A DNA stretch of 64,000 nucleotides, taken from NCBI GenBank assembly GCA_902544065.1, contig CACCAS010000004.1, forward strand, positions 64,219-128,218, written 5' to 3'. Source of the stretch: an uncultured Pelagibacteraceae bacterium. Its GTDB lineage: Bacteria > Pseudomonadota > Alphaproteobacteria > Pelagibacterales > AG-422-B15. Positions 9,638 through 19,843 of the stretch are shown in pieces. The first letter of the stretch is position 1. Each line of letters starts with the position of its first letter. The notes under the pieces are model-generated. The model searched no databases. It was not told where the DNA came from and was given only the letters and a program-made list of their open reading frames with translations. A program made the translations under genes and the position numbers.

Positions 9638-10429
9638 TTATGATACTGACGATGCCTTCACTTTTTTAAATAAATTAAAAAAATTATTTGAAGTAATTTC
9701 TTGCACTTCTTCTGTACTAATATCAAGAATATCAGAAATTTGTTTAATTGTATGTATTATGTAACTTGGCATATTTGTCTTTCCACGATTTGGCACAGGG
9801 GCTAAAAACGGAGAGTCAGTTTCAACTAAAATTTTATTTTTATCTACAATTGAAACAATTTCTCTTAAATTTGATGAATTTTTAAAGGTAATAATACCGC
9901 TAAACGAAACATAGAAACCAATATCTATCATTTCTCGTGCAAACTTTTCCGATCCCGTAAAACAATGTATGACACCTGTGAGATTATGATTTTTTTTGTA
10001 CGAATAAAGAATTTCTTTCGTCTCTTTTTCTGCGTCTCTGCTATGAACAATAATAGGCAAATGATTTTCAAGCGCTTTTTCTATATGTTTCTCAAAAGAG
10101 TCTATTTGACTTTTTTTATTACTATGATTGTAATAAAAATCTAGCCCTGTCTCCCCTACTGCTATTGTTTTTTCATTTTCTAAAATTATCTTATTGATTT
10201 TATCAAATATATCTTGATCTAAACCTTCTGTTTCATGTGGATGTATTCCTACACTGTTATAAATGCGCTTATATTTATCACTTATATCTAAGATCTCTTT
10301 AAATTCTGACTCTTTAGTAGCTATATTTAATAAAAGACTAACATTTTCAGCAATGCAGATTTCGATAAGTTCATTAACAGGTATTTCATACCGGCTAGCT
10401 AATAAATGACAATGACTATCAATGATCAT
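9638..10429 (-). CDS. tatD: TatD-family metal-dependent hydrolase/DNase
   Basis: IDSHCHL start motif, GIHPH, GETGLDFYY, conserved His/Asp ligands; overlaps metG by 4 nt. Confidence 0.9.
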   Translation of the reverse strand: MIIDSHCHLLASRYEIPVNELIEICIAENVSLLLNIATKESEFKEILDISDKYKRIYNSVGIHPHETEGLDQDIFDKINKIILENEKTIAVGETGLDFYYNHSNKKSQIDSFEKHIEKALENHLPIIVHSRDAEKETKEILYSYKKNHNLTGVIHCFTGSEKFAREMIDIGFYVSFSGIITFKNSSNLREIVSIVDKNKILVETDSPFLAPVPNRGKTNMPSYIIHTIKQISDILDISTEEVQEITSNNFFNLFKKVKASSVS

Positions 10430-11955
10430 TCTTGAATCCTTGTAAATAAATGATTTACATTCGATATATTATTTCCAACTATATTATGGTTATTGATCGT
10501 TTTAAATGAGAATTGACATTCATCAATTCCAATTGTTTGAAGTATTTTTATTGAAGTTTGAGGAATAATTGGATTAATAAAAAAAGCTATATTTCTAATT
10601 TGTTCAGTTGTAACGGCTAATACATTTAAAAATTCTTCTTTATCACTTTTTTCTAATTCCCATGGTTTACTATCATTAAAATATTTATTCACTCTTCCAA
10701 TATGCACCCATACAAGCCTGATATAATCATGAATTTTAAATTCATCTATCATTTGTGATCCTTTAATTATTACCTCTTCGCTCGATTTTTCTAATATTTC
10801 TTCATTAGGGCCTTTGCTTGTTCTACCGGGAATAATTGACTCAAGTTTTTTTTCTATCATTGTAAGTGATCTCTGGCATAAATTTCCGAGGTCATTCACT
10901 AAATCGCTATTAATCCTATTCACCAAGGCTTTAACTGAAAAATCTCCATCATTGCCAAACGGAACTTCTCTTAACAAGAAGTATCTAAATTGATCAACAC
11001 CGTAATTATTAATTACTTCTATCGGATCAATTACGTTTCCTAAGGATTTAGAAATCTTATTACCTTCGTTTGTCCACCATCCATGTGCAAATATTTTATT
11101 TGGTAATTTTAAATCGGCTGCCAATAAAAAGGCAGGCCAGTATACACCATGATGTCTCAATATATCTTTTCCCACTATATGAACAACATTGTTCCAGTAG
11201 TCACTTAGCCCATTTTCTGAGTCAGCTAGATAATTAACACCATTTGCATAACAAGTTAGAGCATCTAGCCAAACATACATAATATGATCATCATCTGTTG
11301 GAGTTTTAATCCCCCAGTTAAATGATGTTCTAGATACTGACAAATCATTTAAACCAGACTCAACAAATTTAATTACCTCATTTCTTTTAGATCTTGGACT
11401 TATAAAATTTGGGTTTTTTTTGTATAAATCTAATAATTTATCAGACCATTCCGATAGTTTAAAAAAATATGACTTTTCTGAAATCCAGTCAACGGGCCCA
11501 CCTGTAACAGTTTTAAAGCTTCCATCACTTTGTTTTACTAAATCTTTCTCATTGTAAAAAGTTTCATCATTAATTGAATACCATCCTGTATATTCACCTA
11601 AATATATTTGATTTCTTTCATGCAGTCTGTTCCATAAGAAAGATGCGCCATCAATATGCCTTTGTTCAGTAGTTCTGATAAAGTCATCATTCGACAACTC
11701 TAAAGTAGTTGTAAGGTCTCTAAAAATTCGTGAGTTTTCGTCACACAACTCCAATGGCTTTTTTCCCTTACTTTCAGCAGCTTTTTGTATTTTGAGACCA
11801 TGTTCATCTGTTCCTGTTTGAAATCTTACATCATGTCCTTTAAGACGCATAAATCTTGCTATAAAGTCTGTTGCAACTGAAGTGTATGCATGGCCTATAT
11901 GTGGCTTATCATTAACATAATATATTGGGGTAGTGATATAATATTTATCAGTCAT
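10426..11955 (-). CDS. metG: Methionyl-tRNA synthetase
   Basis: Class I HIGH (PHIGHAYT) and KMSKS-like (KISKSLGN) motifs, 509 aa. Confidence 0.95.
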   Translation of the reverse strand: MTDKYYITTPIYYVNDKPHIGHAYTSVATDFIARFMRLKGHDVRFQTGTDEHGLKIQKAAESKGKKPLELCDENSRIFRDLTTTLELSNDDFIRTTEQRHIDGASFLWNRLHERNQIYLGEYTGWYSINDETFYNEKDLVKQSDGSFKTVTGGPVDWISEKSYFFKLSEWSDKLLDLYKKNPNFISPRSKRNEVIKFVESGLNDLSVSRTSFNWGIKTPTDDDHIMYVWLDALTCYANGVNYLADSENGLSDYWNNVVHIVGKDILRHHGVYWPAFLLAADLKLPNKIFAHGWWTNEGNKISKSLGNVIDPIEVINNYGVDQFRYFLLREVPFGNDGDFSVKALVNRINSDLVNDLGNLCQRSLTMIEKKLESIIPGRTSKGPNEEILEKSSEEVIIKGSQMIDEFKIHDYIRLVWVHIGRVNKYFNDSKPWELEKSDKEEFLNVLAVTTEQIRNIAFFINPIIPQTSIKILQTIGIDECQFSFKTINNHNIVGNNISNVNHLFTRIQE

Positions 11956-12898
11956 ATTTTAGTTTATGAAATAATGAAATAATCAAATTTTCAAAGTCAA
12001 GATTTAAAGCAATGTTCTTTTTATTAAAAGAGTCAATTAATGCATATACATTCAATAATTTTATAACTAAATTATTTTCATTGTTATGACAAAGTTTTTT
12101 AATTTCATCATTAATCAGTAGTTGTAAATAGTTAAAAAAAACAGGAGTTGCTTGATCTACGTTTTTAAAGTTATGTAAGTAATCAATATAATGATTTGCA
12201 GTATTGGCCTTTACCTTCTCTTGATTGGTCAAAAGTGTCTTAAAATGATCATTAATCTCATAAAAATTATATTCTATAAACTGTTTGGTTAAATATGAGG
12301 AGCCATTTGTTATTTGATATAAGTAATTCAAATATTCTTTATTTTCAGAGTCTTTATAATAATTTGTAAAATTATCGTAGTTTAACTTTCCAAAAAATAT
12401 TCTACTTGATCTTGATACAATGGTTTTTAAGCATTTACTCTTATTTTGATTAACTATAATAAAATGATTATTTCTATTGGGCTCTTCAATTATTTTAAGA
12501 ATTGAATTAGCAGCATCTAAAGAAAGATCATCTATCAAATTTATAATACATACTCTTTTTTGGTTATACTCATCTTTGGTTGAAAAAAAATCATTAACAT
12601 ATTTTACATCTTCCCTATAAAGTTTCTTTTTAAACCTTTGCTTATCTTCAAGAAATACAGGTTCAATTTTTAAAATAAAATTAGAGTCCTCATGAATAGA
12701 TTTTAGTAAGTAATCTTCAAATGCGTCACGATTTTCAAATAATTTCTTTGATATAATTAATGAAGCAAGATTTTTAGCAATGGTTGAAATAATATCAGTA
12801 TCTTGTCCTGTAAGAATTATTGAATTAGGCAATTGAGACTTAAATATTTTATATAAAGCTCTTACTTCACTTGAATAGAGATTTCTATTATCTTGCAT
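11948..12898 (-). CDS. holB: DNA polymerase III delta-prime subunit
   Basis: AANSILKIIEEPNRNNHFIIV and TIVSRS motifs; tmk-holB-metG order. Confidence 0.75.
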   Translation of the reverse strand: MQDNRNLYSSEVRALYKIFKSQLPNSIILTGQDTDIISTIAKNLASLIISKKLFENRDAFEDYLLKSIHEDSNFILKIEPVFLEDKQRFKKKLYREDVKYVNDFFSTKDEYNQKRVCIINLIDDLSLDAANSILKIIEEPNRNNHFIIVNQNKSKCLKTIVSRSSRIFFGKLNYDNFTNYYKDSENKEYLNYLYQITNGSSYLTKQFIEYNFYEINDHFKTLLTNQEKVKANTANHYIDYLHNFKNVDQATPVFFNYLQLLINDEIKKLCHNNENNLVIKLLNVYALIDSFNKKNIALNLDFENLIISLFHKLKYD

Positions 12899-13517
12899 TT
12901 ATTTTACTTGATACTTCATTCCAGATAATGTTTTGAATTAGTTTAATATCTTGATTTGCATTAATTAATATAAATTTCTTTTTATTTAACCTAGCTATAG
13001 CTTTAAATGCTTTACGAATTTTATTATGAAAGCCTAAAGGCATATTTTCGTAACGTGTTTCAGTATTTGATTTTCTTTTAGACCTTTTGAGGCCAATTAT
13101 TGGATCTATATCTAATATAAAAGTTAAACCAGGCGTTAAATTATTAGTTATTATTTTATCAAGCTTTTTTATAAGATCTATGTCAACATTTTTCCCATAT
13201 CCTTGATAAACTAAGGTAGATTCCTTAAATCTATCACATAAAACCCATTTATTATTTTTTAAACTTGGAGCTATTACCTTATCTATATGATCTTTACGGG
13301 CCGCGTATAAAAGTAAAGTTTCTACTACCCCACTCCATTTATTCCTTTTGCCTTTTACAAGCAAATTTCTGATCATCTCAGCTTCAATTGTACCACCAGG
13401 TTCCCTCGTGGTGATTACATCTCCATATTTAGCAAGTCTTTTTGCTAGCAGTTTAATTTGTGTCGACTTACCTGATCCTTCCCCGCCTTCAAATGATATA
13501 AATCGTGGCTTGATCAC
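12888..13517 (-). CDS. tmk: Thymidylate kinase
   Basis: P-loop FEGGEGSGKST, DRF motif (CDRFKEST), 209 aa. Confidence 0.95.
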   Translation of the reverse strand: MIKPRFISFEGGEGSGKSTQIKLLAKRLAKYGDVITTREPGGTIEAEMIRNLLVKGKRNKWSGVVETLLLYAARKDHIDKVIAPSLKNNKWVLCDRFKESTLVYQGYGKNVDIDLIKKLDKIITNNLTPGLTFILDIDPIIGLKRSKRKSNTETRYENMPLGFHNKIRKAFKAIARLNKKKFILINANQDIKLIQNIIWNEVSSKINAR

Positions 13518-13520
13518 AAA

Positions 13521-14657
13521 TTAAATAAATAGATTTATCACTGAGCTGTAAATATAGGAGAAGAATCTTGAAAATATATTGCTTCTATTTACATCGTTTA
13601 CAGACACTACATCAAAATATTCAGGATCTTCATTTGGAATATCAACTTTTATTTTTCCAATAATATCACCTGAGGTTATTGGAAATTTGATATCTTCAAA
13701 TAATTCAATTTCATAATCAAATTCTTTGTCTTTTGTTCTTGGAACTGTCAGAACTATATCGTTAACTGCGCCAATTAAAGAGCTGCTTTCATTAGAGCCA
13801 GGAATTTTTATATTTGCAAATTCTGTAAAATCTTCAAAAAGTTTAATATTCTCGAACTCTCTAAACGACCATGTAATAAGTCTAGATGAGCCCTGAGATC
13901 TTTTTTGCGTACTGCTAAATCCGTTTGTTACAGATATAACGCGTCTATCACCATCTTTTGCGGAGGCTGCAAGCCCATAACCCGAAACAGATAAATGCCC
14001 TGTTTTTAATCCATCAACGCCCATATTTTTATACAAGAGAGGGTTCCTATTCTTTTGCTTTATATTTGACCATTCAAATTCAGTTTCAGCAAACATATGA
14101 TAATATTCAGGGTAATTATTAATCAAATATTGAGATAAAATTGCAATATCATACGCTGTAGAAAAATTATTTATGTCATGCATACCTGTAGAATTAGTAA
14201 ACTTTGTATTGGTCATCCCAATATCTATTGCCTTTTCAGTCATCATTTTAGCAAAAGATTCTTCTGTTCCAGCAATATTTTCTGCAACAACTATGCATGC
14301 GTCATTACCAGACTGAACTATAATACCCCGTAATAGATCTTCTACTCTTATGTTTTTGTCCACTTCAACAAACATTGATGAACCTTCTCTTTCTTTCCAT
14401 GCTTTTTCTGATACTAAAAAAGTGTCATCAAGTGACAATGTGCCGTTAGACAATTTTTCAAAAACTATTAATGTCGTCATAATTTTCGTCATTGATGCTG
14501 GATAGGTTTTTTTGTCTTTGTCTTTTTCAAATAGTATTTTTCCAGTTGTTGCGTCAATAACTACTGCGGTTTCAGCATCGGTATCTATGTAAGAAGCAAA
14601 TGCTAATACTGAGTTAAGTAAGAAAATTGATAAGATTGTTAAAATGTATCTATGCAT
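13521..14657 (-). CDS. D-alanyl-D-alanine carboxypeptidase (PBP5/6-type, peptidase S11)
   Basis: Signal peptide; SxxK (SMTK), SxN (SGN), KTG motifs. Confidence 0.9.
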   Translation of the reverse strand: MHRYILTILSIFLLNSVLAFASYIDTDAETAVVIDATTGKILFEKDKDKKTYPASMTKIMTTLIVFEKLSNGTLSLDDTFLVSEKAWKEREGSSMFVEVDKNIRVEDLLRGIIVQSGNDACIVVAENIAGTEESFAKMMTEKAIDIGMTNTKFTNSTGMHDINNFSTAYDIAILSQYLINNYPEYYHMFAETEFEWSNIKQKNRNPLLYKNMGVDGLKTGHLSVSGYGLAASAKDGDRRVISVTNGFSSTQKRSQGSSRLITWSFREFENIKLFEDFTEFANIKIPGSNESSSLIGAVNDIVLTVPRTKDKEFDYEIELFEDIKFPITSGDIIGKIKVDIPNEDPEYFDVVSVNDVNRSNIFSRFFSYIYSSVINLFI

Positions 14658-14666
14658 AGAATATTA

Positions 14667-15503
14667 TTATATTAAATATATTGATAAATCTTCATATTTT
14701 TTAAATGTTTCATCATTAAGATCTATTAACAATGACTCTACATCGCTATAGGGTCCAATTAGAACCTTATATTCCTTATTGCCTGACAGGTTTTGGCTTT
14801 CATAAATCCTTACATCATAGTTTGATAGATCTTTTTTTATTTTTTGAGCACTTTCTTTGAATGCAAAGCTAGCTATATTAATAAAAATCTTATTATATAA
14901 ATTTTTATTATTAATATTTTTATTATTAGCAGACAATTCATTTTTTTCTTTTTCAATTACAACAACACTTGATACTGGAGCTTCCACAACTTTTTTTTCT
15001 TCGTCATAAGTAAATGCCTTAGAAAGAACAAAACTTTCATTAGAATCTATAAGAGATATTTTGACTAGGTCGCCATGTTGATTCATGCCTAGTTTTCTAA
15101 AAACAGCTTCAGATAAACTAACTACTTTAATCGAAGAAAATGCTTCTCGATGATTTACTCTTACCAATGCAGATTTGCCATTATTAAGGTTCGTAACTTC
15201 AATAATTGATGGCAATGGCAATGATCTATGAGCTCCTGATAGCGTATCATTATGATAGTATTCTCCATTCTTAGTTTTACTACCGTTTTTTAAACTTGTT
15301 TCCAATTGTGCTAAGCCAATTTCTTCAAATGTTTTAAAATCATAAGGGTAATACCATTTGCCATTTACTTGATATGGCTCTTCTATTAATTTCTCAACTA
15401 TTTTAATATTATTTTTATTATTGTCTTCAATTACGAGTGGGACAACATTTGCGATAGTACAATTAGTAAGAATTAAAAAAATTATTAGTAAAGAAATTCG
15501 CAT
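14667..15503 (-). CDS. rlpA: Septal ring lytic transglycosylase RlpA-like (DPBB + SPOR)
   Basis: N-terminal lipoprotein-like signal (LTNC), double-psi beta-barrel region (AHRSLPLPSIIEVTNLNNGKSALVRVN), C-terminal SPOR-like region. Confidence 0.8.
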   Translation of the reverse strand: MRISLLIIFLILTNCTIANVVPLVIEDNNKNNIKIVEKLIEEPYQVNGKWYYPYDFKTFEEIGLAQLETSLKNGSKTKNGEYYHNDTLSGAHRSLPLPSIIEVTNLNNGKSALVRVNHREAFSSIKVVSLSEAVFRKLGMNQHGDLVKISLIDSNESFVLSKAFTYDEEKKVVEAPVSSVVVIEKEKNELSANNKNINNKNLYNKIFINIASFAFKESAQKIKKDLSNYDVRIYESQNLSGNKEYKVLIGPYSDVESLLIDLNDETFKKYEDLSIYLI

Positions 15504-16498
15504 TAATAATATTCAATCATATCAGACAGCATACCAACTGATAATCCAAAGAAGATAGATCTGTTCCATTTCATTATAACTTTAAAATTTTCGTAAACCA
15601 AAAACTTTCGGCCTTCATCACCCTCTGGATAAACTAAGTATGCCTGAATATCTCGGAGTGGTAATCTTTCCCCATTCTTTTTTAATATACCCAAAGCAGC
15701 CCATTCACGAAGAGATTTTGATATATTAATTTCTTTAGCAGACGTTGTGATAAAATAATCCGGAATAGATTCTGAAGTCATAACTTCTCTGCCCCATGTT
15801 AAATCATCATTCCAGCCAGACTCTTTTAAATAATTTGATGATGAGGCAAATACATCTGACAAATTAGTCCAAATATCTTTCTTGCCATCTTTATCAAAAT
15901 CTGTTGCGTAATTTAAAAAGCTTGATGGCATGAATTGATTTTGACCCATGGCTCCTGCCCATGAACCCATCATTTCATCACCAGTAATGTGTCCTTGGTC
16001 AATGATTGTTAACGCGTTTATTAGTTCGTCTGTAAAAAACTCTCTTCTTCTTAGATCGTGTGATAACGTTGATAAAGAGCGAATTACATTAAATGAGCCT
16101 GTATAAGTACCAAAACTTGTTTCTATACCCCATAAAGCTAATATAAATCGGGGTTGTACACCAAACTCATTATATATTTTCAACAGTAAATCCTTATGTT
16201 CACTGTATAACTTCTTGCCTTTAAGCATTCTACTTTTTGGCGTCGTATTATTTAGATACTCATCTAGTGTAAGTGTAAATTCTGGCTGAGATCTATCGAG
16301 TTCTAAAACTCTTTCGTTGATAACAATGTCTTTTAATGATAAATCAATAGTTTCCTCTGATATCCCCTCTTTAGTGGCAATATTTTTAATGTTTTCAAGC
16401 CATTCAACAAAGCTATAGTCTTCATCTGCTTGCAAAGATGACAGATTAATTATAGTAAAGATCATTAAGATTGATGATAATTTAAATTTTAAACACAT
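15503..16498 (-). CDS. Lytic murein transglycosylase (MltB/Slt35-like)
   Basis: Signal peptide; ALWGIETSFG catalytic Glu motif, GAMGQNQFMPSSF motif. Confidence 0.85.
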   Translation of the reverse strand: MCLKFKLSSILMIFTIINLSSLQADEDYSFVEWLENIKNIATKEGISEETIDLSLKDIVINERVLELDRSQPEFTLTLDEYLNNTTPKSRMLKGKKLYSEHKDLLLKIYNEFGVQPRFILALWGIETSFGTYTGSFNVIRSLSTLSHDLRRREFFTDELINALTIIDQGHITGDEMMGSWAGAMGQNQFMPSSFLNYATDFDKDGKKDIWTNLSDVFASSSNYLKESGWNDDLTWGREVMTSESIPDYFITTSAKEINISKSLREWAALGILKKNGERLPLRDIQAYLVYPEGDEGRKFLVYENFKVIMKWNRSIFFGLSVGMLSDMIEYY

Positions 16499-16524
16499 AT
16501 CTACCTATTAATAGCATAATTTTT

Positions 16525-17496
16525 ATGAAAGATATAAAATCACTTGTAGATTTAATTGGTAATACACCAATAGTTCAAGCTAAAAATATAGATGCAGGTA
16601 AATGTAATCTCTTCTTAAAGATGGAAAATATGAATCCTGGCTCTTCTATAAAAGACCGCGTTGCGCTCCAAATAATAAATGATGCAGAAAAGAATGGAAA
16701 TTTGGTAAACGGATCAACAGTTGTTGAGGCGACAGCTGGCAATACAGGCCTTGGATTAGCACTAATAGCTTTGTTAAAAGGTTATAAAGCGAAAGTCATA
16801 ATATTAGATAAAATGAATCAAAATAAGATTTTTCATTTAAAATCTCTTGGTGCTGAGGTAATGCTTGCAAAAAGTGATGTAGGCCCTGATAGCCCAGAAC
16901 ATTATGTAAATATGGCTAAAAGAGTTGCCGCTGAAACTGACAACTCATTTATGGCTAATCAATTTACTAACAAATCAAATCCTCTAGCTCATGAAATGAC
17001 TACAGCTCCAGAAATATTTAAACAAATGGATGGAGATGTAGATGCAATTGTCTGTGGCGTTGGCACTGGCGGGACTATTTCTGGTATTGGCAAATTTTTT
17101 GAGATGAATAATCCTAAAACCGAAATGGTTCTTGCTGATCCTGAGGGTTCAATTGTAAAAGATGCGGTTGAAAAAAAACCTTTAAAAAATGCTGATTACA
17201 AGTGGTTAGTTGAAGGTATTGGAGAAGATTTTCTTCCCGATACACTAGATCTAAAATACATAAAAAAAGCTTATTCAGTGAGCAATGAAGAAGCTTTTCA
17301 AACAATTCGCACACTTGCATTAAAAGAGGGTATATTAGGTGGATCATCGAGCGGAACTCTTATTTGTGCCGCATTAAAGTATTGTCATGAACAAAAAGAA
17401 AAGAAAAATGTTGTTACATTTGTTTGTGATAATGGTGAAAAATATTTAAATACGGCGTATAATAGTGAATGGCTAAAAGAAAAAAATCTGATTTAA
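16525..17496 (+). CDS. Cystathionine beta-synthase / cysteine synthase family PLP enzyme (MccA-like, no Bateman domain)
   Basis: PLP-Lys motif SSIKDR, GTGGT loop, CBS-type VEGIGEDFLP motif. Confidence 0.8.
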   Translation: MKDIKSLVDLIGNTPIVQAKNIDAGKCNLFLKMENMNPGSSIKDRVALQIINDAEKNGNLVNGSTVVEATAGNTGLGLALIALLKGYKAKVIILDKMNQNKIFHLKSLGAEVMLAKSDVGPDSPEHYVNMAKRVAAETDNSFMANQFTNKSNPLAHEMTTAPEIFKQMDGDVDAIVCGVGTGGTISGIGKFFEMNNPKTEMVLADPEGSIVKDAVEKKPLKNADYKWLVEGIGEDFLPDTLDLKYIKKAYSVSNEEAFQTIRTLALKEGILGGSSSGTLICAALKYCHEQKEKKNVVTFVCDNGEKYLNTAYNSEWLKEKNLI

Positions 17497-18635
17497 GAAA
17501 AATCAATCAATTCGATACATTGTCTGTGCATGCGGGAATTAAGAGTGATCCACTTACAGGCGCTGTAATGACTCCTATTTATGCCACATCAACATTTGCA
17601 CAAGATACGCCGGGGAAAGATAAGGGGTATGAATATTCAAGATCTCAAAATCCAACGCGTGAAGTTTTAGAGGCATCATTAGCTGAGTTAGAAAATGGAT
17701 ATAAAGCTTTTGCCTTTGCATCAGGCGTTGCTGCTCAAACAGCAGTAATTGATCTTTTGAAGCCAGGAGATCATGTTATTGCATTTGATGATTTATATGG
17801 TGGAACATTCCGACTGTTTAACGAAATTAAAGCTAAATCATCACACATCGATTTCACTTTTGTTGATCTAAATACGAACTTTAGTAAACATATCAAAAAA
17901 AATACAAAGATGATATGGGTAGAAACGCCCACTAACCCACTTTTGAAAATTGCTGATCTAAAACGCATTTCACGCATAGCAAAGAAACACAAGCTTTTAA
18001 CTGTTTGTGATAATACTTTCGCAACACCAATCAATCAAAGACCTTTGGATTTCGGTATTGATATAGTAAATCATTCAACGACCAAGTACATAAATGGCCA
18101 CTCTGATGTTATTGGTGGATCGTTAGTCATAGGTAAAAATAAAACATTAGAAAAGAAGCTTGCATTGATACAAAACTCAACAGGAGCAGTACCAAGCCCG
18201 TTTGATTGTTTTTTAGTCCTAAGAGGGATTAAGACTCTTTCACTCAGAATAAAAAAACATAATGAAAATGGGATTAAGGTTGCAAGGTTTTTAAAAAGTC
18301 ACAAAAAACTATCTGACGTCACTTACCCTGGACTAACTAACCATAAACAAAGTGAAATTGCCAAAAAACAGATGAATGGTTTTGGTGGAATGATTACATT
18401 TATTCATAGCGGTACAATGTCAGATATTTCAAAGTTCATGAAAAAACTTAAGATATTCACTATTGCAGAAAGTCTAGGCGGAGTTGAGTCACTTATAGAA
18501 TCTCCTGCATTAATGACACATGCTTATTTAGAAGATAAGTCATACAATCAAGTGCCCAAAAAATTAGTTAGACTTTCTGTTGGCATAGAGGATTCAGAAG
18601 ATTTAATTAATGATCTAATGCAAGCTTTAAAATAA
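17469..18635 (+). CDS. Cystathionine gamma-lyase/synthase family PLP enzyme (MccB/MetB-like)
   Basis: Cys/Met-metabolism PLP family; PLP-Lys motif STTKYINGHSD; 28-nt overlap with the upstream gene. Confidence 0.85.
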   Translation: MAKRKKSDLRKINQFDTLSVHAGIKSDPLTGAVMTPIYATSTFAQDTPGKDKGYEYSRSQNPTREVLEASLAELENGYKAFAFASGVAAQTAVIDLLKPGDHVIAFDDLYGGTFRLFNEIKAKSSHIDFTFVDLNTNFSKHIKKNTKMIWVETPTNPLLKIADLKRISRIAKKHKLLTVCDNTFATPINQRPLDFGIDIVNHSTTKYINGHSDVIGGSLVIGKNKTLEKKLALIQNSTGAVPSPFDCFLVLRGIKTLSLRIKKHNENGIKVARFLKSHKKLSDVTYPGLTNHKQSEIAKKQMNGFGGMITFIHSGTMSDISKFMKKLKIFTIAESLGGVESLIESPALMTHAYLEDKSYNQVPKKLVRLSVGIEDSEDLINDLMQALK

Positions 18636-19529
18636 TTAAGGTGTACTCAAAATAGCATTTACAATTGAAGACAGTCGTGAATTTGAAGTATCGGACCTGC
18701 TAGTTATGACAACAGGAGATATGCCTCCTGTAACAAAGCCCCCTGCCGTACAGTTCATAAAATTGACCATAATCTTTACTAATGAATTTCCCGTTTCAAC
18801 ATTTGGCACAACAATTATATTTGCATTCCCAGCAACATTATTATTTATTCCTTTAATTTTAGCCGCTTCAGATGATATTGCGTTATCAAAAGCAAATGGA
18901 CCATGAATGTCTGTAGTTGGATGTTTTATTCTGGCCCATTCAACTAAATCTTTCGCATCAACTGAGCTTTGCATTTGTGATAAAACTTCTTCAGTGGCAG
19001 ATAGAATAGCTATTCTTGGGACGAAATTTGGAAGTTTTGAAGTAAATTCAATAACGTTATTAATAATATGTTTTTTTGTTTCAATACTTGGATTAATATT
19101 TATTGCACCGTCTGTGATTATTAAAGGATCTCTAGTATCATCTGGAAAAGTCATGAACCATATATGACTTAGTCGCCTCCCTTTAACTAAGAGTTTATAT
19201 TCAGATCTAATATACTCTGACATTAAAACATCTGTATGCAAATGACCCTTAACGATTAAATAAGGGTTTTCTATACGATCACTTGCTAATCTGCATGCGA
19301 TCTTTGAGGACTCTTCTTCATTAGATGAATTAATAATTTCAGTCTGCAAATCCCAGTTTAGATCATCCAATAATGCGGCAATAATATCTTTGTTTCCTAT
19401 TAGGAGTGGTTCTAAGATTCCCATTTCAAAAGACTCTTTAATTGGTTCTAGGGAGACTTTGTTAGTAGGGTTTACAATTAATGAGTCTTTTTTTATGTTT
19501 TTATCAATAAAATCAATATTTTGTATCAT
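18636..19529 (-). CDS. Phosphate acetyl/butyryl-transferase family protein
   Basis: PTA_PTB-like C-terminal region (GNANIIVVPNVETGNSLVK, GGISPVVITSRSD). Confidence 0.7.
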   Translation of the reverse strand: MIQNIDFIDKNIKKDSLIVNPTNKVSLEPIKESFEMGILEPLLIGNKDIIAALLDDLNWDLQTEIINSSNEEESSKIACRLASDRIENPYLIVKGHLHTDVLMSEYIRSEYKLLVKGRRLSHIWFMTFPDDTRDPLIITDGAININPSIETKKHIINNVIEFTSKLPNFVPRIAILSATEEVLSQMQSSVDAKDLVEWARIKHPTTDIHGPFAFDNAISSEAAKIKGINNNVAGNANIIVVPNVETGNSLVKIMVNFMNCTAGGFVTGGISPVVITSRSDTSNSRLSSIVNAILSTP

Positions 19530-19843
19530 TTTTTTAAATTATATTTTTTCAAATTAAACCAACACCTAAAAATAAATGTCTTAAGTACTGATATTATTTC
19601 ATATTTTTAAAATAATTTAATAAATAAGCTCCAATTATTATTATTAATAAGATTGCAGAAAACGAATAAAAAATCATTGATAGATCTTGGAATAACGAAA
19701 CAAAAAAACTGACCATGATATCTAAAATATCAGAGTTAATGCCCAGTAAAGTAAATAAAAGAAAGAAACAGTAACTAGGCCGCCTATTATCCAGTCCAAC
19801 ATAGTACTATACTTAACACATAAAGGCTTATATTTATACATTT

